Source: Verrucomicrobiales bacterium (lineage in GTDB: Bacteria; Verrucomicrobiota; Verrucomicrobiia; Limisphaerales; UBA9464). Taken from it: DNA of 64,000 bases. The position numbers and the translations under genes were made by a program. The notes beneath the pieces are model-generated. The model did no database searches. It saw only the letters and a program-made list of their open reading frames with translations, and was not told where the DNA came from. The stretch is from contig JAIXZE010000083.1 of NCBI GenBank assembly GCA_027489875.1, positions 6,740 through 70,739 of the forward strand, written 5' to 3'. Below, piece by piece: positions 47,538 through 57,393 of the stretch; the first letter of the stretch is position 1; every line of letters starts with the position of its first letter.

Positions 47538-49337
47538 TTACCATCTCTTTCTGTCTGCGAGGAACATATGACCCTCTCGAGCTGAATTTTGGTACGCGTA
47601 GATCAGGGGGAATCCGGTTGGCAGATTTCCGCGTAGCAAAGCATCGAAGTAGAACCTTCCCCAGACAAAGCCGGCAGTCCCAACTTGGCGCAATGATGCT
47701 TCCGTAGTGAAGGGGGAGAGATACAAGGCTGCAACGCGACGCTCAAAGTCGTTGATTGCAAAGAAGTCTTCTCCCCCCTTCGAGTCTTTCACGAGTAGTG
47801 GAAGCCAAATGCAATCTCGATCTCCATACCAAGCTATACTCCAAGGGACATCGCTCATCATCAGTTCAGTTGGATCGATGTAGCTGGATATTTCCCTTAC
47901 GATGTCGGGCCGGTAATTTGGCTCCGCGAGAGGATAAGTTCTAGGCGGCAGAACAGCCGATAGAAGCGGTATGCTCAGGATTATCCATGCGCCGCCGACG
48001 AACATGCTGCGAAAGATCGGGTGGCCAAACTCGGTGGATTCCAGCAGGGTGAAAAAGAGGCTCGTTCCAAAGATGAAAATCAGTGGGGCTATCAGGATGA
48101 GTTGGTTCTCACCATTGATGACGGGGACCAAGGTGCCCCAATGGGTGCGTCCAAGGGCTTCAACAAAGAAAAGAAGCACCAAACTACCAATTGCAAACCA
48201 ACGAAGACGGCGTAATTCGGCTTTTCTAAACGGTAAAACGACCCCTGCGAAGAAAAAGAACGAAATCCAATTACCTCCAAGAACGGGGACGCCATTTCTT
48301 AGGAGGTCTGAGCCGGTGACGGCCAACTTGACACGCATTTCAGTAAGGTCGGGAAAGTTCTTGGGGGGTTGCAGATGGCGCTCAAGCCAAGACTCCGGAA
48401 AGGTCAATGTCTCTGATGTTAAGGCCGTATACGCGCTTCCAAGTAAGTGGCCGCTGAGATCGTAGTTCCTTACCAACCAAGGCGTAATAACAGCCAAAAG
48501 CGTGAAGCAGCAGGTTGCCGCAACGCTGATTCGCCTGACATGGCAGACCAGAATCCATAGTACGCTTGGAACAACCAACCAGCCGAATGCGTATCGAGTC
48601 AAAAAGCCGACGCCAAGAACAACTCCCACAAGCGCTGCGAGTCCCAACGGTCGTGCAATAGGCGGAACGACTCCAGGGGCCACCTGTTGGCCAGTCACAT
48701 CGAGACGAGTGAGCAGTTCCGCGAGCGCAAGGACAAGGACAAGGAGAAATGGTGTCGGAAGACCATTGCTTGAGAATCTCCAAAAAACCTCGGTGCCGGC
48801 GTAAAGTGCAGCCGCAAGCCATCCAACACTGGGCTCAAATAAACGACTTCCCAATCGGTGAATCATCCATACACCTAGACCGAACCAAAAGAGATTGAAT
48901 CCAGTTATGAGTAATTCGGATTTTGGGCGATGAAGTTGAATCTCGTTTGGCAGACCAGTGCGAAAGGATTCGGGGGCCAACTTGAATAGTCCTGCAAGCA
49001 TCACAGGATAGAACGGGGGATTGTGCAGATCAGGCTGTGGGCGTTGGAGGAGACCTGCGACACTTTGTCCTTTTTCCGCAGAACGTTCTCGATAAAGACG
49101 GAAACTCAACGGCCGGATGAAGTGGGTGGTGTATCCTCGTCCCATGGCGATGTTTCTGCCTAATTGAGCCATGTCCATTGCCTCTGGGTTCGAGAAGTTG
49201 CGTGCTTCCGTGAAGAGGTAGAGGATGGTTACACCTGTGAGGCAGAGGCTTGCCAAGATCCAACGGACGGAATTCTTGAATGCATTGCCATCCAACGCGT
49301 GAATCCAATCCTGGATACCTGTAGGGGGTCGGTTCAT
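47538..49337 (-). CDS. polytopic membrane protein, GT39/ArnT/PMT-like (GT-C) glycosyltransferase candidate
   Basis: About 12 TM helices in the N-terminal two thirds, an early D/E-containing loop (NFSNPEAMDMAQLGRNIA) and a soluble C-terminal domain. The start ATG shares 1 nt with the stop of the sigma-54 regulator gene. Confidence 0.65.
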   Translation of the reverse strand: MNRPPTGIQDWIHALDGNAFKNSVRWILASLCLTGVTILYLFTEARNFSNPEAMDMAQLGRNIAMGRGYTTHFIRPLSFRLYRERSAEKGQSVAGLLQRPQPDLHNPPFYPVMLAGLFKLAPESFRTGLPNEIQLHRPKSELLITGFNLFWFGLGVWMIHRLGSRLFEPSVGWLAAALYAGTEVFWRFSSNGLPTPFLLVLVLALAELLTRLDVTGQQVAPGVVPPIARPLGLAALVGVVLGVGFLTRYAFGWLVVPSVLWILVCHVRRISVAATCCFTLLAVITPWLVRNYDLSGHLLGSAYTALTSETLTFPESWLERHLQPPKNFPDLTEMRVKLAVTGSDLLRNGVPVLGGNWISFFFFAGVVLPFRKAELRRLRWFAIGSLVLLFFVEALGRTHWGTLVPVINGENQLILIAPLIFIFGTSLFFTLLESTEFGHPIFRSMFVGGAWIILSIPLLSAVLPPRTYPLAEPNYRPDIVREISSYIDPTELMMSDVPWSIAWYGDRDCIWLPLLVKDSKGGEDFFAINDFERRVAALYLSPFTTEASLRQVGTAGFVWGRFYFDALLRGNLPTGFPLIYAYQNSAREGHMFLADRKRW

Positions 49338-50707
49338 CAGTTTCCTTGCAATTGAAATTCGTGTAACTTGCGGTGAAGTGTCCGACGACTGATGCCAAGC
49401 CTTCGGGCGGCTTCGGTACGGTTGCCGTTGCTTTCCTGGAGAGCGTGCATAAGCAACTGGCGTTCTGCTTCCTTCAGGGTGAGCTTTCCAGTGGAGATCA
49501 CTTCCCGTGTCTCGCGTTCCGAAGCATCAGATGCAATCACCTTCAGAGATGCCGGCAAGTCACGAATACCAATCATGTCGTTTCGGCAAAGAACCACAGC
49601 GTGCTCAATGGCGGTGCGCAGTTCGCGAACATTTCCTGGCCAATGGTAACGGAGAAGATGCTCCATCGCGGGTGTGGCAATCCCAAGTATCCTCTTTGAA
49701 TTCTCTTCGGCAAATTCGCGCAGGAAATTGTTTGCCAACAGTGGTATGTCGGACACTCGCTCACGCAGAGGGGGTATGTGTATCGGGACAACAGCCAGAC
49801 GAAAATAGAGATCCTCCCGGAATGTTCCTGCCTTTACCATTGCAGTAAGGTCCTTGTTGGTGGCCGCCACCAAACGCACATCGGCAATGAGAGTCCGGCT
49901 GGAACCGATTCGTTCAAAAGTTCTTTCTCCAAGGAACCTCAGGAGCTTTACCTGCGTTACCGCGTCAATCTCTCCGATCTCATCAAGGAAAAGTGTCCCC
50001 CCCTGAGCCATCTCAACCCGGCCTGAACGACGTTCGTGCGCGCCTGTGAATGCGCCCTTTTCGTGCCCGAAGAGTTCGCTCTCCAGCAGGGTGGCAGGAA
50101 GTCCCGCGCAGTGGACTGCCACCCATGGGCCTCGACAGCGAGGGCTGAGTTGATGGACGGTTTTGGCCACGACTTCCTTGCCAGTTCCGCTCTCACCCGT
50201 AATCAGGACCGTGGTCCTGGTGGGGGAAACTTGGCGGACGAGTTCAAGCACCTCGCTCATCGCTGGGGAATCCCCGACAATACCTGTTACACCATACTTC
50301 TTATCCAGTCGTTCGTGCAGTTGATGGTTCTCGGCCTCGAGGCTTTGCCTCTTCATTGCCCGTTGGATTCGTAGTTCCAATTCTTCAATCTGCATCCGGC
50401 CCTTGGCGACGTAGTCGTCAGCCCCACGCTTCATGGCCTCCACAGCGACATCCTCCGATCCATATGCAGTCATCAAGATGCATACCGGAGGCTTGGCCAG
50501 GCTCTTGGCGCGCGTGATCAGCTGAAAGCCATCCGAACCAGGCATCCGGAGGTCGGTGAGTAGTACATCAAAAGACTCCTTCTCGAGCAGTTTCAGGGCT
50601 GATTCAGCGGACTCGGCCACGTAAACATCGTATTTATCCTCCAAGGCTGCCCGAAGGCCTTCCCTCGTCGGCTTTTCGTCGTCCACGATAAGCAAGCTGG
50701 GTGACAC
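49337..50707 (-). CDS. sigma-54-dependent response regulator (NtrC family: REC + AAA+ + Fis-type HTH)
   Basis: LLIVDDE...DVLLTDLRMPG; GESGTGKE; GAFTGA; ESELFGHEKGAFTGA (GAFTGA loop); C-terminal RTEAARRLGISRRTLHRKL. GTG start at 50707. Confidence 0.9.
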   Translation of the reverse strand: MSPSLLIVDDEKPTREGLRAALEDKYDVYVAESAESALKLLEKESFDVLLTDLRMPGSDGFQLITRAKSLAKPPVCILMTAYGSEDVAVEAMKRGADDYVAKGRMQIEELELRIQRAMKRQSLEAENHQLHERLDKKYGVTGIVGDSPAMSEVLELVRQVSPTRTTVLITGESGTGKEVVAKTVHQLSPRCRGPWVAVHCAGLPATLLESELFGHEKGAFTGAHERRSGRVEMAQGGTLFLDEIGEIDAVTQVKLLRFLGERTFERIGSSRTLIADVRLVAATNKDLTAMVKAGTFREDLYFRLAVVPIHIPPLRERVSDIPLLANNFLREFAEENSKRILGIATPAMEHLLRYHWPGNVRELRTAIEHAVVLCRNDMIGIRDLPASLKVIASDASERETREVISTGKLTLKEAERQLLMHALQESNGNRTEAARRLGISRRTLHRKLHEFQLQGN

Positions 50708-50782
50708 GAGCGCAGACTATTCAGAACCAAGAGGAGATAGCCAACTGGAGTTCTCCCAAATCCAAAGGTTGGGAGAGGAAGA

Positions 50783-52051
50783 TCAGCCTTCCAACAATCT
50801 GGGACGCGGATCCACTCGTGGAATCCAGAAGCGAAAAGTGGTTCCCCTTCCGACATGACTGGTCAACTCCATTCGCCCCCCATGATCGCGAAGGATTCGC
50901 TGCACGATCATCAGACCCAATCCCGATCCCTTCCGTTTGGTTGTGTAAAACGGTTCAAAAATTCGGCTCAGAGTTTCAGGAGGTATCCCGGCCCCATTAT
51001 CCGCCACGGAGATCCAAACAGCATCGGGTCCCATTCCCGTAGCCAAGGTGAGAATGCCTTCAGGGTTTAACGCGTGCATCGCATTCTTCATGAGGTTGAC
51101 GAGCACCTGCTTGATCTGGACTGGATCAAAGCGTGCCTCCGGTAAACCCCGCATCAGTTCTTCACGCACCACGACCCGGCGATTGTCCAACTCAGGACGA
51201 AGCAGTTCGATTGTGGTTTTGACCACATTATTCAGGTCACCTGCCTCGAACTTCGGGGGTGTTGGCCTCAAGGCTTGGAGGAAGTCTGTGATGATATAAT
51301 CAAGGCGTCCAATCTCGCCTTTGGCTACTGCCAGATAACGAGTGGTTCTTTCGAAGGCCTCTTCCAAATCCACGGCACTCACTCCCTCGGGAAGGTGGAG
51401 TTGGGTGGAACCACGAGGCTCGACCTCGCGAGCGCCAACACCCGTAAGCATGCGCAACCTCTTTAAGCCGCGTTCCACCAATTGAAGATGGATGTGCAAC
51501 GCATTGAGGGGGTTCCCAATTTCATGGGCTACACTCGCAGCCAGAAGCGTCAGCGCATGCAACCTCTCAACTTCCACGGCCTTGTTTGTCTTTTGGCGTG
51601 CCTCTGTTGCGTCGTGAAGAATGAGTGCGACGCCCGTGCTCGCTTTCTCTCCTCCATCCATGGGTGCGGCGTAAAGGCGGAGGTAGCGTGGTCTTGGATA
51701 GCTTACCTCAAATTCTTCGCGGTAGATTCCAGACCCTCCCGTACCATCCAGAACGGCGACTTTCGGCCAGTCGAGATCCGGGATATAGCGGATGATAGGC
51801 TCACCCTCACAGCCTTCTTCCGGCAGTCCAATCAAGCGCGTCGCCACTGCGTTGAAGTAGACGATTCGCCCGTGTGAATCGACGACGACAACCCCATCCT
51901 CAATCGAATTGAAAAGGGTCTCAAGAAAGGCTCGCTCACGGGCCAGCCTTTGAACGACGGACTGCAGACCCTCGCTGTCCAATCGATCCAAACGCCCCAA
52001 GACCTTGTCGAGGAAACTTGATCTTGGAGTTGGTTTGCGTTTCAGAGCCAT
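50783..52051 (-). CDS. cytoplasmic PAS-domain sensor histidine kinase
   Basis: PAS (FNSIEDGVVVVDSHGRIVYFN), H-box SVAHEIGNPL and N/G boxes (NLMKNAMHA, DNGAGI, GSGLGL). No TM segment. ATG 52051 overlaps the corA 3' end by 10 nt. Confidence 0.85.
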   Translation of the reverse strand: MALKRKPTPRSSFLDKVLGRLDRLDSEGLQSVVQRLARERAFLETLFNSIEDGVVVVDSHGRIVYFNAVATRLIGLPEEGCEGEPIIRYIPDLDWPKVAVLDGTGGSGIYREEFEVSYPRPRYLRLYAAPMDGGEKASTGVALILHDATEARQKTNKAVEVERLHALTLLAASVAHEIGNPLNALHIHLQLVERGLKRLRMLTGVGAREVEPRGSTQLHLPEGVSAVDLEEAFERTTRYLAVAKGEIGRLDYIITDFLQALRPTPPKFEAGDLNNVVKTTIELLRPELDNRRVVVREELMRGLPEARFDPVQIKQVLVNLMKNAMHALNPEGILTLATGMGPDAVWISVADNGAGIPPETLSRIFEPFYTTKRKGSGLGLMIVQRILRDHGGRMELTSHVGRGTTFRFWIPRVDPRPRLLEG

Positions 52052-53040
52052 TTTTTCCGTTTGAAGTAAATGAGGGTCCCCGCGGTGCTGACGACTGTCA
52101 AAATGAGGGCATACAAATATCCCCATTTCCAATCGATCTCAGGCATGTTCTGGAAATTCATGCCGTACCAAGTACCAACGATCATCAGCGGAGTGGTGAT
52201 GATGGTTATCATGGTCAATACCTTTACGACTTCTCCCGTTTTGTTGGAGGAAACGTTCAGGTAGATCTGCAGGATTCCGGACAAGGAATCGGAGTAACTC
52301 TGGGCTATTTCGCCGATATGATAAAGTCCGTCATAGACATCGCGGTAATATGGAACCAGATGGCCGCGGATCAGTTTGAATTCGCCTCGCGCGAAGCGGG
52401 CCAGAACATCGCGTTGAGGACCGATGATTTGCTTGAGGTGGACCACTTCCTTTTTCACAGCAATTATCTTTTCGAGGATCTGGGGGCCGGCATTCTGTAA
52501 CACCTCGGTCTCGAGTTCGGCAATTTCGAGACTCAATTCCTCCAGAGCCGGTTTGTAGTTTTCGACGAGGGAATCCAGAAGCGCATGGGCTACCCGGTCT
52601 GGTGCCCGCGCCAGATGGATTGTGCTTTTCAAGCAGCGTTCTTCCACGAGTTGAACGCTTCTGAGGGGCACTCCGTGAAACGTGACGAGGAAGTTCTTGC
52701 CGAGAAAGAAGTTCAACTCACTGGTGGCAAAGCGTCCGTCTTTCCGGCTGTAGTCCACGGCGTGGATCACCATGAAAAGGTAGTGCGCGAATCGGTCATC
52801 CTCCTTGGGTTCGTATACCTCGACTTTTGGGGATGGACTGACATGGATGCAGTCATCAACTGACAAGGGGTGGAAGTGAAACACTTCAGCGAGGATCTGG
52901 CGCGATTCTTCCGGTGTCGCGTCTTCAAGATCGACCCATAAGAACAAGTTTGTGTCCGCCAACAAGGATGGCATCAGGAATACCTCCACATCCTGGCTGT
53001 GCAAGCGTCCCTGTGTGGTGAAGGCAAACGATCGGATCAT
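52042..53040 (-). CDS. corA: magnesium/cobalt transporter CorA
   Basis: C-terminal YGMNF motif (GTWYGMNFQNMPE) followed by the second TM helix. Typical length of about 330 aa. Confidence 0.9.
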   Translation of the reverse strand: MIRSFAFTTQGRLHSQDVEVFLMPSLLADTNLFLWVDLEDATPEESRQILAEVFHFHPLSVDDCIHVSPSPKVEVYEPKEDDRFAHYLFMVIHAVDYSRKDGRFATSELNFFLGKNFLVTFHGVPLRSVQLVEERCLKSTIHLARAPDRVAHALLDSLVENYKPALEELSLEIAELETEVLQNAGPQILEKIIAVKKEVVHLKQIIGPQRDVLARFARGEFKLIRGHLVPYYRDVYDGLYHIGEIAQSYSDSLSGILQIYLNVSSNKTGEVVKVLTMITIITTPLMIVGTWYGMNFQNMPEIDWKWGYLYALILTVVSTAGTLIYFKRKKWL

Positions 53041-53109
53041 GAGTATGTGGTTTGATGTAAGGCCAAGGTCCCCGCGATGGGAAGCAAGCCGGCAGATCCA
53101 TTTTGGGGA

Positions 53110-54675
53110 TCAAGCGGAAGGATCTGGTGACGGAAGATCAGAGAATGGCAGGGGTGGGCAGTGGGGAATGCTTGCCCGGCGGGCCCGTCCGTCAGCCCAG
53201 TGTCGAAGTCGTCGGATCTGTTCGTCCATGGTTCTAGCCAGGGGAACTGTTTCGCGAAGAGCGTTCAAGATGTGGTCATTGGATAGCTCGCTGTTCCCGT
53301 GGAAGGCGTCGAAAAGAGCGCTGTTTATTGCCTCCTCCAATTCAGCGCCTGAGAATCCCTCTGATTCGCCGGCCAAGGCATGGATGTCGAATAGTTCGGG
53401 GTTCCGAGAGCGCCTTGCCAGGTGAACACGGAGGATTTCAGTCCGTTCCACAAAGGAAGGGAGATCAACGAAGAAAATCTCGTCCAGGCGTCCCTTCCGC
53501 AGAAGTTCTGGAGGCAGGTGGGAGATATCGTTGGCTGTCGCGACGACAAAGACGGGTGATCTCTTTTCGGCAAGCCAGGTCAGGAAGGTTCCCAAGACCC
53601 GTGCGCCTGTCCCGCCGTCCGTGGAACCACCCGCCTGTGAACCCGAGAAAGCCTTATCGATTTCGTCGATCCAAAGTACTGCGGGTGCTATGGACTCAGC
53701 TACGTTGATCGCACGGCGAATGTTCTCCTCTGAAGAACCAACCAGTGCTGCGAACATGCGGCCCATGTCGAGGCGGAGAAGTGGCAATTGCCACATCGTA
53801 GAAACCGCTTTTGCGCAGAGGCTCTTTCCGCAGCCCTGGACCCCCAGCAGCAGGATTCCACGGGGCACGGGAAGACCAAAGGCGTGCGCCTCCGGGGTGA
53901 ATGCAGTCGAACGCTTGGCGAGCCAGTCCTTGAGTAGATCGAGTCCGCCGACCTGACTGAAGTGTTCAGGATGTTGATAATACTCCAACAGCCCCGAGCG
54001 CCGAACGAGTTGGCTTTTCTCGGCGAACACCGCGTTGACATCCGAAGCGTCCAGACGGCCGTCCTGGACGATGATTTTGGCGAATACGTTTTCGGCCTCG
54101 TTGAGTGAGAGCCCGAGTGCGGCCTGCAACAATCGCGCTCGTCCAGTGGAATCCAAATCTATGCAGATGTCTGTACGACTTCCTACAGACTCAATGATCC
54201 CGTCGAGAAGTTCGGCCAGTTCCTCGGTGTCTGGGAGGGGCAAGTGGAGGACGGCGACATCTTTTTGAAGCTCGGTTGGGAGGTCCAATTCCGGACTGAT
54301 GAGGATGATGGATTTGGGGCCGCTCTTGAGATGGATGGAGATTTCTCGAAGGCGTCTGACGACGCTTGGGTTTGAACGTGAAAGGAATGGATGCAGGTCC
54401 TTGAAGACGAACAGTGCGGGTTCGACGAGTTCCAAAACCGCATCCAAGGCAACGAGGGGATCCCGCGTTGCTGGGTTCAGGGGCTTTCGCGCCTGAATGG
54501 AAGTGCCGCCGGGGACGATTCCGGTTGAGCAGCTCCATTCGTAGAGGCGCTTCTGCCGTCGTTCGGCGGTCTTTGCGACGAGCTGAAGCGCTCGTACTTC
54601 CTCGCCCGTCACGACCGCAATGACGGGGTAACGGGCACGAATCAGGAGCTCCAGTTCGGCCGCAAAGGCACCCAT
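53110..54675 (-). CDS. AAA+ ATPase, Ycf46-like (single classical AAA module with a large N-terminal domain)
   Basis: Walker A GVQGCGKS, Walker B LWIDEIDK and second region of homology VFVVATAN...LRKGRLDE. The N-terminal domain of about 250 aa and the overall length resemble cyanobacterial/plastid Ycf46. Confidence 0.8.
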   Translation of the reverse strand: MGAFAAELELLIRARYPVIAVVTGEEVRALQLVAKTAERRQKRLYEWSCSTGIVPGGTSIQARKPLNPATRDPLVALDAVLELVEPALFVFKDLHPFLSRSNPSVVRRLREISIHLKSGPKSIILISPELDLPTELQKDVAVLHLPLPDTEELAELLDGIIESVGSRTDICIDLDSTGRARLLQAALGLSLNEAENVFAKIIVQDGRLDASDVNAVFAEKSQLVRRSGLLEYYQHPEHFSQVGGLDLLKDWLAKRSTAFTPEAHAFGLPVPRGILLLGVQGCGKSLCAKAVSTMWQLPLLRLDMGRMFAALVGSSEENIRRAINVAESIAPAVLWIDEIDKAFSGSQAGGSTDGGTGARVLGTFLTWLAEKRSPVFVVATANDISHLPPELLRKGRLDEIFFVDLPSFVERTEILRVHLARRSRNPELFDIHALAGESEGFSGAELEEAINSALFDAFHGNSELSNDHILNALRETVPLARTMDEQIRRLRHWADGRARRASIPHCPPLPFSDLPSPDPSA

Positions 54676-54688
54676 GTGCTAGGGGGGG

Positions 54689-55918
54689 TCAGGCGCCGAA
54701 CTTGTCGAACATCCGGGCGTTGGCCTGCATGAGGCGGATCAGATACTTTGCCTCAAAAACGCCAAGCGATCCCTGATTGGCCCCTGTTTCCGTGAAGCGA
54801 TCCAGTTTGTCGGATCCGCTCAGTGCTGAATGGAGTAGGACGGGTTGAGGGTGCCAGGAATGTCCCTTTGCGGCACAGGGGGTGGAGTGATCTCCAGTGA
54901 TTGCGAGCACATCCGGCTTTCTCGCGAGGAGAATGGGAAGTGCTGCGTCGAACTCCTCGATGGCCTTGACCTTCGCATCGAAGTTCCCGTCCTCGCCAGC
55001 CTTGTCGGTGTACTTGAAGTGGATAAAGAAGAAGTCGTAATTCTCGTATTCCCGGACATACCTCTCGAACTGTTCGGCGATGGAGGTGGGGCCCTCGATC
55101 TTGATCATGCCGACGAGTTGAGCGAGGCCCTTGTACATGGGGTAGACCGCCAGGGCTGCTGGTTTCAGCTGGTAGCGCTGCTCGAAGGTGGGGATGTCCG
55201 GTTGGTGGGCGATGCCACGCATGAGGAACCCATTCGCGGGTTTCTCGTTCTTCAGCAGTGGGAGGGCGGCCTTGTAGAAGTCGGCAACCAGCTTGGCGAC
55301 CTTCTTTTGTCCGGCGCTTTTGGGATCGACCGGTGACGCGTTCGCGATGGGGAGGCCTTCGCGGTTTGGGTCGGTGTCAGTGAGCGGGCCTTCCAAGCCG
55401 GCACCGCGGAAGACGACGACGAAGCGGTGTTCCTTGCCTGGCACGATGATCACCTGAGTCGTGCCGATTTTCTTGATCTTCGAGGCAAGAAGCGTGCAGA
55501 GCCGCTCACAGACTTCGGTGGCGATGCGGCCTGCCCGACGGTCGGTTACGAGTCCGGCGGCGTCGAGGGTGCAAAAGTTGGCGCGTGCGGCCACGTCTCC
55601 GGCTTTGAGCTCAATTCCCAAGCCGAGTGTTTCGATCACGCCACGGCCCACTTCGAACTCGATGGGATCATATCCGAACAGGGCGAGGTGGCCCGGTCCG
55701 GAGCCTGGAGTGATTCCTGGGGCAACCGGGGTCATGCGCCCTTGCGAACAACCGCTTCGAACGAGTGCATCGAGGTTGGGAGTCTTTGCAGCTTCGAGGG
55801 GTGTAAGGAAGCCTTGGGAGGCGGTCGCGATGTCCCCGAGTCCATCGAGAACCACGAGTGCTAGTTTCGCGCCCGTCTTGATTGTTAACTTAGAGTAGAC
55901 TGCATCCAGATTGCTCAT
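54689..55918 (-). CDS. apgM: cofactor-independent phosphoglycerate mutase, archaeal-type (ApgM)
   Basis: LVVLDGLGD...TP.L..AKTPNLD...GSGPGHL..FGYDP...ITGDHSTP motifs. About 409 aa. Confidence 0.9.
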   Translation of the reverse strand: MSNLDAVYSKLTIKTGAKLALVVLDGLGDIATASQGFLTPLEAAKTPNLDALVRSGCSQGRMTPVAPGITPGSGPGHLALFGYDPIEFEVGRGVIETLGLGIELKAGDVAARANFCTLDAAGLVTDRRAGRIATEVCERLCTLLASKIKKIGTTQVIIVPGKEHRFVVVFRGAGLEGPLTDTDPNREGLPIANASPVDPKSAGQKKVAKLVADFYKAALPLLKNEKPANGFLMRGIAHQPDIPTFEQRYQLKPAALAVYPMYKGLAQLVGMIKIEGPTSIAEQFERYVREYENYDFFFIHFKYTDKAGEDGNFDAKVKAIEEFDAALPILLARKPDVLAITGDHSTPCAAKGHSWHPQPVLLHSALSGSDKLDRFTETGANQGSLGVFEAKYLIRLMQANARMFDKFGA

Positions 55919-56082
55919 ACGGCGGACGAACCCTGCCGATGCTGGGGCAGAGGGGCAAGGGCGGAGGCGAAACCCGTACGGATGGAGGTGTCACGTTGCG
56001 TTGGGTTGGGCGAGGTGATAATGGGGAGGGATCCCCAGTCGGCTGGTGGCCGGAATCGAGGGGAATCTGTAAAAAGTGCCGA

Positions 56083-57393
56083 ATGAACTCGTTGATTGGC
56101 CAGCATCCGTGGGGCGCGCTCCTCGTCACCCTCCTGCTTGGAATGGTGGTGAAATGGCTGTTGGACCTCTTTTTCCTGAGGTCTGAAATGTTTGGGTTGC
56201 GGCGACGCCTGACGGACCGCGAGCGGGATTTGACGGATCTTCGGCATGAACATGGCCGATCCCTTCAGGAACTGAAGAACCGGTTGACTGAATTGGATGC
56301 GACCGCAAAGGCGAAGATGGTGGTCAGTTCGACGTTGGCAGCCCGGGAAGTGGAGTTGGTCGAACTTCGGGAGCGTGAGCGACACGGAGTGCTTCGAGCC
56401 GATGCGGCTGAGGGGAAGCTGGTATTGGCGGTTCAGGAAGCCTCTTCTGCCAAGGCGCGGATGGAAGAACTTGCTCTTCGTTGTGGTCATGCTGAGGAGC
56501 GGGGGAAGCAATTGGAGGCCGGGGTCGCACAGCATGAGGCGGACGTAGCTGTTCTGAGCAGTGTTCGGGATGCCCTTGAGGCGGCGGTGCGTGACCGGGA
56601 TCGGTCCATTTCGGAGCTTGCATCGTCCGTTGAGGAACTTCAGGGCAGAATCCAAGCGCAGATGGACACGAGCGCTGCCGCCCGAGTGGCCACCGAGCAG
56701 GCGAATTTGGAATTGGTTGAGGTTCGCCAACGGTTTGAGTCGGAAGAGCGTCTGCGGCAGGCGTTGGAATCGGACCTTCGTGGTGTACGGACCCAGCTTG
56801 AGGCGGCCACCCGAGCCAGGGCGGTTGCCGATGCCAACCTGAAGCGGCGGGAGATGGAGTTGGCTGAGAACGAACAGCGCTCCGGCGAAATGCAGCGCGG
56901 GATGGAAGAGGCGGCAAGGGAGGCCGCCCGATTGTCCGCCGAGAACTCGCGGCTTCAGGGAGAAGTGGGCCGATTGACATCGGCAGCTGCGGTCAACCGA
57001 ACGACGGATGCCGCTTCCCGTGCTGCGGAGTTGGAGCGAGTGCGCCTTGCCGACGAAGTGAAGGCGCTGAGGAGTGATTTGGAGGCCCAATCCCGACTTC
57101 GTGCCGGATTGGAAGCCGTTGCCAAGGCGCAGGAGGCCGCGGTCAACGAGCTGCGCCTGCAGTTTTCCGCTGCGACTTCCCAAAGACGAGCCTTGGAGGC
57201 GGAGTTGGAGGCAGTGTCCGCATCGCATGCGGCGCTCGAAAGTCGTTTGGCGTCAGTTGCAGTCCCGCCGGATGACGGCGATGACCGGTTGAAGGGTGCG
57301 CTCGCGGACCTTGAGGAGATGACTGCGGAACGTAATCGATTGTCGGCCGAGTTGGCGGTGCTTCGAAGTGAACAAAGCAAGGGGGATGCATGA
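56083..57393 (+). CDS. membrane-anchored long coiled-coil protein
   Basis: ATG at 56083, a TM helix (WGALLVTLLLGMVVKWLLDLFFL), then about 400 aa of A/E/R/L-rich heptad-like sequence. Confidence 0.65.
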   Translation: MNSLIGQHPWGALLVTLLLGMVVKWLLDLFFLRSEMFGLRRRLTDRERDLTDLRHEHGRSLQELKNRLTELDATAKAKMVVSSTLAAREVELVELRERERHGVLRADAAEGKLVLAVQEASSAKARMEELALRCGHAEERGKQLEAGVAQHEADVAVLSSVRDALEAAVRDRDRSISELASSVEELQGRIQAQMDTSAAARVATEQANLELVEVRQRFESEERLRQALESDLRGVRTQLEAATRARAVADANLKRREMELAENEQRSGEMQRGMEEAAREAARLSAENSRLQGEVGRLTSAAAVNRTTDAASRAAELERVRLADEVKALRSDLEAQSRLRAGLEAVAKAQEAAVNELRLQFSAATSQRRALEAELEAVSASHAALESRLASVAVPPDDGDDRLKGALADLEEMTAERNRLSAELAVLRSEQSKGDA

